Source of the DNA: Octopus vulgaris
Lineage: Eukaryota
Length of the DNA stretch: 64,000 nucleotides
Assembly (NCBI GenBank): GCA_951406725.2
Contig: OX597817.1
Span: 20,770,001-20,834,000 of the forward strand
Direction of reading: 5' to 3'
The notes beneath the pieces are model-generated. The model was not told where the DNA came from. It made no database searches and saw nothing but the letters and a program-made list of their open reading frames with translations. Shown one piece after another: positions 54,669 to 64,000 of the stretch. The translations under genes and the position numbers were made by a program. Each line of letters opens with the position of its first letter. Position 1 is the first letter of the stretch.

Positions 54669-57600
54669 GGTGTGCTGATGGTATGTGGCGGTCTCCCGTC
54701 AACACATAAAGCATACTTATTCGTAAGTAATATTTCCTTTCATCCTTTTCGCTGGTTTGTTAAATTACTAATATATATCTGTGAAAGAAGACATCACACG
54801 TACCAATTCAAAATTGATTGAATTATAGAAAATTTTGATGCAGTCTGCCATTTTTATTTTCGCACTATTTATACATCCTTTATTTCATTATTCTTTATTT
54901 TTCTTTTTTATAGCGACAACAGTAACTAGAGATGCAAAAGCTATATCTAATAGAGTGGGTAAACTATGTATTTATAATGAGGTCAAAAAGCTTAACAAAT
55001 GAAAAAGAAAAAATAACTGGTATGCGTTTGTATTTTCGTATGATGTGTAGAAGAAGCACATTATGTATCGTGAAATTTTCAATCCATGCTACCTATGCTA
55101 CTACGTACTACAAAAGTGGATTGAAGGGTTCATCAAAATATTTTTGGTGAATTGTACCAAAGCTGACTTCTTCAAAATTACGCTTAAAAAACTATAAGTT
55201 AGAATATATTCCCAACGTATTTTTGTTTTGTATCTCACATCGTGTTTATGGAAATGTCTGTACAATAAGGAAATAAGGATTTAAACAAAGAAATGTAATC
55301 TTTGTTTAATGTCAATTCATTATACATGATTCTCTTTATATAGCTAGAAGTTGAACTCCAATCCATTAGCGAGAATGTAGGCAAAGAAAATTGTGTTCAT
55401 AGTGAGAAGGAATATCAGCTATAGAATGCTCAATAATACGATGCAGAGATTTCTAGAAGTATATGAGGCTAGTATCGTAGTGAGATATTGAAATGATTAA
55501 CCGAAGAAAAGAAATTAAATATCATTTCTGCCGGCATTGTGTCAAATACTTGCAGTTCATTTTTAGTAAACAAGAATCCTCTTATATCATTTGTTTTTGA
55601 AGCCGCCTACTAAATGTTTCGGCATTATTATTTTTAAATGAATCAATTTTATAACGGTTAAATTATTCATTAACTATTCTCATTGTAGGACCTCAAAATA
55701 TGTTTCTTACGTTTGTGCAGCGTAATGTGCAGCATACCAAAGAAGATAGACCTTGGAAATAATACAATTCAGAAATGTCAAAACGCTGCGGCATCTTACA
55801 TGTAAGTAGTAGAAGCAATTTATAATAATTACTTGTATGCAATCCCCGAGAACCGTAGTTATTCCGTAGGACACTTTGTCCAACAGCATATGGTATCAGG
55901 CACAAGATATCATTGAAAACAAAAACGCTTTTATATTTTGCTTTCGAAATGTACAAGATACTGATCCTCATTGCATGTATTTACATGACTTTTTGTTACT
56001 TCAATAAACCTTGATAACCGAACACTTTTGGATATAACTTTCGCACTTTTTCCATTTTCATTTTTTCTAAATTTTGATTATTGGGGGCAAATATTCATCA
56101 TGTATATAAAATTTGAAATTGCAAATTTTCACTCATATCTGTGTTCCAAATATTCTTTTGTGATAAACGCTAATGGTAGATGTGGAAATACGATTCGTGT
56201 ATTCAGTGGGACCGTTTGTTTGTTGTATTCCCGATACTGTTTGTTTTATGTTTGTAAAGCATAAGTTCAAATAAATTTTATTATCATGTCAATATGAATT
56301 TCCTTAAACGTTTTTATATTTAGCCTCTAATTAGAACGCAAGTGCCTATCACTGTATTTTTATTAAATCCTATAAGAAACAGGTCCTCAAATAATTTATT
56401 AATTTTATGCTGTTTAATGTCAATGTAAAAAGTATTTTTAACACGATAAAACGATACACTGTCTGTCTGAATACTAAGTTGTAAAGTCGTAAAAAAATTG
56501 AAGTTGAAATGCTTAATTTTGTATGTAGTTGGTAGGATAGGCTTCGCAAAAAGATAAACCAATGATACAGTCAAGATAAACAAAAGTGTTGCAGTCATTT
56601 TCTTTGTGTCTATATTAAGCGTGAAATAGCCTCCAAAGAACGTTATATGTATGTAGTAAAAGTCAAATAAGCAACATGTTCAAACAAAAATGGACGTGTA
56701 GCATGCAACGAGGAACAATCAGATATTAATATTTCCTTATTGTACAGACATTTCCATAAATTATAGTTCTTGCATATTATTAGTTAATCGTGTAACTGTT
56801 GGAAGTACATGAATATTAATAAAACTACTAGTAATAGCAACATTCCTAGCCTCGAATGTAAAACGTTTAATTTGCCTGAGGTCCACTACTAGAATGCACA
56901 GGAATATATTCTCAAATAAAATGAAAGAAGTTGCAGACGTTGTATGTTAAAAATTATTTAAAGTTAACTGCATCCTTTGTATTTCATTTTCTCTATTTCA
57001 AAGGAATGCGAAACGCCTTCCACACTTCATATTTTGGCATGCCGATGAAATAGTGAGGTGATAAGAAAAATAAAAGGAAATAATGGCACTTACTAAATAC
57101 ATCTGATACTTGAGAGAGTAACAGTGACATTTTTAAACATATATTTACATCCATTAATACCTAATTGTAAATCTTCATAATCTATTTTTTAAAGAGTCGT
57201 TATTTATTTTATAATTGGAGGAGGGCAGAAGGAATATTTCATATGCATGTACAAACATGTAATGTGAATGAAATTGTTTCATTTGCATTTTGAAAGCTTA
57301 GCTAACGCTATTTATATATTCCATGCGCTCCAGTAGCTACATTTCCTCTCAGAAATACATAATCCTATCCTGAAGAAATTATGAGGCATCAAAAAGAAAA
57401 TCTCCTGGGTTTTCTTCTAACCGTTGCTGAAGGTAGTGAAATTTGCCATACTAAAGATTTTAATGTGAAAATAAAGATAATAAATTATTTTTAAATACTC
57501 AAAGCAATAGAGTTCAACTGGATCATAACGGGTTTCGTGAAAGATACCCAATGATTGCACGTCAGTATCATTAAATACTAGTTGACTAGTATTTTTCCAT

Positions 57601-58788
57601 TGCGGAAGAATTAATGCAAACATCGAAGTCGACGCAATTTAAATGTCAAAACTACAGACATGGAACGAAGTATGTGGTAGCTATTCTGTCACTCTAAAGT
57701 TACCGCCCACCTACCAACATTATATTCCTAAACTTTAATAGGACTTTCAAGGCAGTGTCTTAACCGAATCAATAAAATGTTGTCTACAAGAACTGTGTCG
57801 AATGTTGTAATCGTATCAGAATAATGCCTATAGTACATCCTCAATTTCTTTGTGTAAGGATATATGCTATACGCTAGCTACTCATCCAAACAGTTTTATA
57901 TTCTTCCATAACCAAATTAGATTTCAGCAAAGCCGAGAGAGCTTTTGTTAACTGCATTTGCATAATGCTTTAAATCCACCTTCATGTAGCTTCTCTGTTA
58001 TTACTAACGAATTTTGTAATAATGCAATTTATATGCGTTTAAAAACAGTAAGTATACGATTGTATACTGCTCATTTATGTCGCTGTTGTTTATTTGTGGT
58101 TCGGTAGCTTAAATTCCGTTCTGGCTGACTTATATCGCTTATGTTCTGAAGATTAGTATTTACATAGAAGACAACTTCTCAGTTCCTGTCTCAAAACATT
58201 TCTTCGCAGCTTTTGGTATATAGAAACAATTTAATTACTGTCAACAGCTTATTTATTCTTTTAAATGTTTTTCTGCACTGGGACTAATATATGCATTTCT
58301 AAAGGAGAAGCAATTTCGCATTTCGGTAAGACTGATTATTTTCAGTGTTTATGTGTTTGCATACACAAACACACATGTACATATGTATATATAAATACAT
58401 ACGCACGCACAAACACATACGCATGTACATATATATGTATATGCATATATATAGACTGAAAGATTAGGAAACAAAATACAGTGCAACTATATGAAGACGA
58501 TACACAACAACATCTACACACAGTTATATATATATATATGTATGTATATATATATATTTATACATATGTGTGTGTATATGTATATATACTCTTTACTCTT
58601 TTACTTGTTTCAGTCATTTGACTGCGGCCATGCTGGAGCACAGCCTTTACTCGAGGAAATCGACCCCGGGACTTATTCTTCGTAAGCCCAGTACTTATTC
58701 TATCGGTCTATTTTGCCGAACCGCTAAGTGACGGAGAAATAAACACACCAGCACCGGTTGTCAAGCGATGTTGGGGAAAACAAACACA

Positions 58789-58852
<64 letters not shown>

Positions 58853-59704
58853 CATATATACGACGGGCTTCTTTCAGTTTCCGTCTACCAAATCCACTCA
58901 CAAGGCATTGGTCGGCCCGGGGCTATAGCAGAAGACACTTGCCCAAGATGCCACGCAGTGGGACCGAACCCGGAACTATGTGGTTGGTTAGCAAGCTACT
59001 TACCACACAGCCACCCCTGCGCCTGTGTATAAATGTGTGTAGCTGTTGTTGTGTACCATCTCCATATAGTTGCAATGTATTTCGTTTCCTAATCTTTCCG
59101 TCTCCTCCTTCCCTTCGTAGTATGAAAAGCATTGACCAGTTTCTCAGCTCCGTTCCTTTACTTCTATAACACAATATTCTTGTCTTAAGAATCTATTAGT
59201 ACTCTGTGATTACCTTCGCACAATTCCAATTTGTTTTGTAATCCTTTCCTTTCAAGTTCTTGAATTCTTTCTGCCTATGATTTCACTGAAACTCCATTTG
59301 CCTACTTATCCTCCCCCAGTTTATGACTAGAAGATACTCTATTAATTTCTGAGTTTCTATATTTATTTCTCTAGTAGATTGATATGGTTATACATTGTTC
59401 TTTGGTTCTTTTTATTCGAAGTTTTGCAATGATCTCTTATCCTTTATCATCTGCGTTTCCTTTACGAACATTGGGTAATGTACAGAAAGAATTTTGAATT
59501 CTCAAGTTTATGGAGGGTGAAAATTTGGACGACTGTCTGAGTCATCTTTCCTTTACTAGTAAACCATCTGTCTGTACCTATATTGGCAGTATACCAACGG
59601 CATATATAAAATACATGCAAGTACATAAACAAATAAGGAGGTGTGTACACACACGCGCACACACACACATACACCAACATATATATATAAGAAACGACAC
59701 ACAG

Positions 59705-59781
<77 letters not shown>

Positions 59782-60790
59782 AAACAATATGAACAGCTTT
59801 TCTTTCATACATGCTTAACATACGCTAACTTTTAATATTAAATAACCCCTATTGTCTAGAATTCTCATTTATCTTGTATGATGATATGATAATGATAACA
59901 TTGATGAAGTTTTCAGTTTTTCTCAATCTCATCACATGAACGAAAAGCAGCAGCGTATAGACAGCCTGATTTGAAATAGGTAGCAATTGAAAATGAAAAT
60001 ATTCTTACACAAGGTAATATCGCTGCATCATTATTGAATTTATAATTGTGTAACGGCAAACTCGATAAATTTCATAGTATCTTTCACGCATGATATATCT
60101 GTTTGTGAAAAGAGAAGAACATTAGAAATGTCATTAATAACAGTATACGAAATAAGTAAGCAGGACATTATTTTTGATATTAAATAATGAAGTTTTCAAA
60201 GATGTTCTGACCTCGGAATTTATGAGTTATAAACGTATTTCCATGATACTTACATGGTAAAAAAACAATGCACCGACAACAGACACAGTTTGTTTGTTGT
60301 TTTTTTCTTTGTTTTTTTTTTTCGTGTTTTACTGTATTTTTTTTCTTTTAGACGATGGCATGGGAAATTTATAGAAAGTTAATAGATTTGGAAATGTTGC
60401 CGTTGTGAAGAACGGGACAAAGTATTAATATATACCAATAACAGTAGTTAGTAAAACGTATTAACTGGAAATCAGCGGTGTTGTCAGTTTTATAACTTAC
60501 AAGCTCATGAAAAATACAAATACACATACACATGTGGGTGAAAGGCAAAGTCGACATCGACAAAAATTGAACCCAAAATGTAAAGACGGACGATTAGCCG
60601 TTAATATACAACATCTCGCCGCCTTCCTAATTACCAAATTTCTGGAAATTATTCTGGTAACATGTGTCAATGTAAATGAGAAAAATGGACGTTCAATCAA
60701 ATGGTTTCTTACTTACGCTAAGTGTTGTATTTTCTTATTTAAACCTTTGGATGCATCTATAAAGTTGATATTTGTTAATTTGATTGTAAC
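54669..60790 (+). pseudogene. Decayed LDLa-LRR-7TM receptor (GRL101/LGR-type GPCR)
   Basis: LDLa-like CADGMWRSPVNT*SILI (exon 54669-54722, ag/gtaagt), ICVPNI..FCDK (~56137-56170), FKCQNYR..EVCGS (57638-57681); LRR-like KKIDLGNNTIQ, PTNIIFLNFNRT (57710-57745), ITKLDFSKAERAFVNC (57908-57955), IYIEDN..FF (58158); hinge exon ends ICISKGEAISHF-G|gtaaga (58325) and joins in phase to ag|60352 DDGMGNL..FGNVAVV; WKS (60466); TM6/7-like RLAV..FLITKFL and IFLFKPLDASI in ORF 60507-60815. Confidence 0.55.
58587..59023 (-). mobile_element. Abundant octopus tRNA-derived SINE, full length
   Basis: Same family as 7566-7956; sits in the predicted last intron of the GPCR remnant. Confidence 0.9.
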
Positions 60791-61538
60791 ATTGCTGCAT
60801 GACCGACAACTATGATGATTAGGAGATGCTCTCTGAAATTCCCCTTAGCGTGGTGTGAGGGATTTAGCTCGGTCACAGATTGTTACCAAAAGAAAATTTT
60901 CCTACGTTTGTCATTGTACAATGTCTGTTATTGTATAAGCCTAAATATGTTAATTCCCCGATGGTTGGAAGGTAGAAATGCGGCGTAATGCTTTACGAAC
61001 TTTCTCTTTTCATATGTGTAAGCGTGCGTTTGCATAGCATATATATGTGTACGTGCGAACAGGTTTGTGTAAGGATATCTACTTCTTAAGACAATTTCTT
61101 GAATACGTATGTATATTTTCAATACAAATTCTTCCATGAACGATTTTCTCTATCCACGCGAATGCATACATGCTTTAAAATATCCGTTTATCTTTACACA
61201 CTAAAATGCATGGATGAAGGTATAAGTACCTTAAAATTTCTTTCTACGCAATCACGTATATCAGTATATGAAGCCATACATATTTCGCATACTTGTGGAA
61301 GATATATAACCTTGTGAAACAATTAAGAGACAGCTAACTGAGAAGTATTCATGTGTACGAACTAAGGCTTAATGTTAATGTTAAAGAGAGGAGCCCCAAT
61401 GCACCATCCATCAGGAATATGTACAAATGCCCTTAATTGAGTTTTATGAAAGCAAACGCATGCACACACACACGCACACACACACACACACACAAATACA
61501 CATGCGTACACACATACATCAGCACTCAGAAAAATATA

Positions 61539-61576
<38 letters not shown>

Positions 61577-61720
61577 CAATAATAAATCTCTTTGCAAATA
61601 CTGATAGGGCACAGAAAGTGTGTCAATAGCCAGCTGGAGAAGATGTTCTCCTGGGACTACGAGCTACAGTAGCATCCACCCTTAGTGGTTAGCCACATTT
61701 TAATGGCAAATATACTTCAC

Positions 61721-61790
<70 letters not shown>

Positions 61791-61881
61791 TTATAAATGA
61801 GGATAATATCGATATTTAAATATCGATGTTATCAAGTGGCCAGCATGGGCAAAATACCATACAAAAGTAATAATTTTTTAC

Positions 61882-62045
61882 AACTAAAAATAAGGGTGTC
61901 TCAGAGACACCACCATGCCGAAATAGCAGTCAAAACCCTGACTCTAAGAACCACGTTAAATGTTCATATCGCACCATGAGATAGAGTCAGGGTTTTGACT
62001 GCTACTTCGGCATGGTGGTGTCTCTCAGAAACTCTTGTTTTTAGT

Positions 62046-62046
<1 letters not shown>
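61882..62046. repeat. Long hairpin (65-bp arms, 35-nt spacer) between (TA)n tracts
   Basis: 61882-61946 is the reverse complement of 61982-62046; a single arm recurs at ~10811-10876. Confidence 0.92.
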
Positions 62047-62090
<44 letters not shown>

Positions 62091-62539
62091 CATTATGTCT
62101 GGATATGTATATCTTTGGTTAACTAGACAGTAGTTTAACCACTTGCTCCTTATTCAAAGTCATCGCAATAAAGAAATTTTAGGTATTTAAATTAACGATA
62201 GATAACGGCGGAGGTGATAAGATAGTTACTACATGAGCAGATATTGATAAACAATTTGCGTTTGGATCTCTAAATGATGGCTTAACGTTTTAGAGGAACA
62301 TTGGCTTTCTGTATATCAATCCATATGTCCTTAACATCTTCCTACAAACCTACAAACCATTAAGAATAAACGTTAAGCACCTATTATTAAGATATGATGT
62401 TACATTTCTTATTGCTTGCTACAAATTCTCATTCTGATTTTCTCGCTCACGATCGCCATTCTCCTTTTTCGCGTTGTTATTGCCCTGATAGTTGTAGTAG
62501 TAGTAGTAGCTTTCGATGTTGTTGTGGCTGTTGTGGTTC

Positions 62540-62613
62540 TTCTTCTTTTTCTTAATATTCTCCTCCTCCTTCTTCTATCTCTTCTTCTTCTTCTTCTTCT
62601 TCTTCTTCTTCTT

Positions 62614-62651
<38 letters not shown>

Positions 62652-62725
62652 GCCACCATTACTGCTGCTGCCACCACTACTACTAAAGCTGCTACTGCTA
62701 CTACTACTACTACTACCACTACTAG
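62540..62725. repeat. (TTC)n/(CTA)n compound microsatellite
   Basis: Direct inspection. Confidence 0.9.
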
Positions 62726-62857
62726 CATTAACCATTTTAGTTTATTCACATCCCTTCATCTGTTATATGTTAGTAAATATACGTATATGCTTCCATATAT
62801 AGGTATATTATATGAATACATATATGCACATATATACACTCACGCAGTTACCCCCCC

Positions 62858-62901
<44 letters not shown>

Positions 62902-62907
62902 TATTCA

Positions 62908-63300
62908 GGCGCAGGTGTGGCACCGTGTTAAGAAGCTTGCTTCCCAACCACATGCTTCCGGGTTCAGTCCTACTGCATGATACTTTGGGCAAATGTCTTC
63001 TACTATAGTCTCGGGCCGACAAAAGTCTTGTGAGTAGATTTGGTAAACAGAAACTGAAAGAAGCCCGTCATAAATACATATATGTGAGTATGTGTATGTG
63101 ATTGACCCCCAACATTGCTTGACAACAGATACTGGTGTGATTATGGCCCTGTAACTTAACAGTTCGGCAAAGCAGTCCCATAAAATAAGTACTAGACTTA
63201 CAAAGAATAAGTCCTGGGGTCGATCGGTTAGACTAAACGCGGTGCTCCAGCATGGCCGCAGTCAAATGACTGAAACAATTAAAAGACTAAAAGAAAAAAA
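62908..63300 (+). mobile_element. Abundant octopus tRNA-derived SINE, full length
   Basis: ggcgcaggtgtgg...gggttcagtcc...catggccgcagtcaaatgactgaaacaa with an A-rich tail. Confidence 0.9.
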
Positions 63301-64000
63301 AACTATGTATGTATGAAGATAAAGTATATATTCCTTGTGACCTGTCCTATATGTATTTTTTTTTCATTTTATGTCTTACTTTATAATTTGAGAAAAATCA
63401 CATTTTCAATACGTGTGTCATTGTGCCTGACCACCAGTGTGGTCGTGTTCTTTCTCATTGCTAACACGAACAGACACCTGGACAATTTAAAGAATTTAAT
63501 GGTAATTCTCTCTATTTGTGAAAGTTTCTCATCCTACTGAATGGTTTTATTCGAATATCAATGAAATATAGAGAATGCTAGTGTGTGAGGGTGCAAATAT
63601 TTGCGACTATGACTGACAGGTAATATAGCAGGCGCGTCAGTAACACACTGTGCTTGGAGGCAGTGAATATGATATGGTTTGCTAAATCGCCCCAAGTTTA
63701 TCTACTAATTCATTTTGACGACTCAGCGAAAGAATGTCGTTCACATTAGGAGGTCGCTTTGGCATTGTGAATAGCTAACAGCTTTTATTATGTGCTTTAA
63801 TTCAATGTGGAATCTATCCAAGCAGCCTATTGTTGTATTTGCCGACAACATTATCATCGTCAGCGAGGCAATATATTTTGTTGTTGTTCTTGCTTTTCGT
63901 GCTCTTATAGTTAAAGTTGCACTTGGTGCTTACATCTATGTTAATGCTGCTTATGATGAAAAGAGCTATGATGATGACGATGATGAGAGTTGAGTGATGT

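Overview
AT-rich animal genomic DNA, most likely octopus/cephalopod (inferred from its tRNA-derived SINE families, R4/Dong LINEs beside (AAT)n tracts and very dense (TA)n/(CA)n/(AAT)n/(TAC)n microsatellites). I see no intact protein-coding gene; almost all listed ORFs are microsatellite or transposon translations. Mobile elements: three tRNA-SINE families, one full-length but dead mariner, an older mariner, R4/Dong, L1/Tx1, RTE and CR1 LINE fragments, and a 2.2-kb ORF1-only element nested in a SINE head. Two less obvious layers, both read by eye: (1) type-I hammerhead ribozyme motifs with palindromic stem III (three with canonical cores, several variant or degenerate) in short non-coding Penelope/retrozyme-like elements near (TA)n tracts, often with long fold-back inverted repeats; (2) heavily decayed + strand remnants of two LRR-GPCR (LGR/GRL101-type) genes, the second possibly with a MAM-MAM-LDLa-LRR-7TM layout. 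Layer 2 rests on manual motif reading through stops and frameshifts and needs an HMM or homology check.
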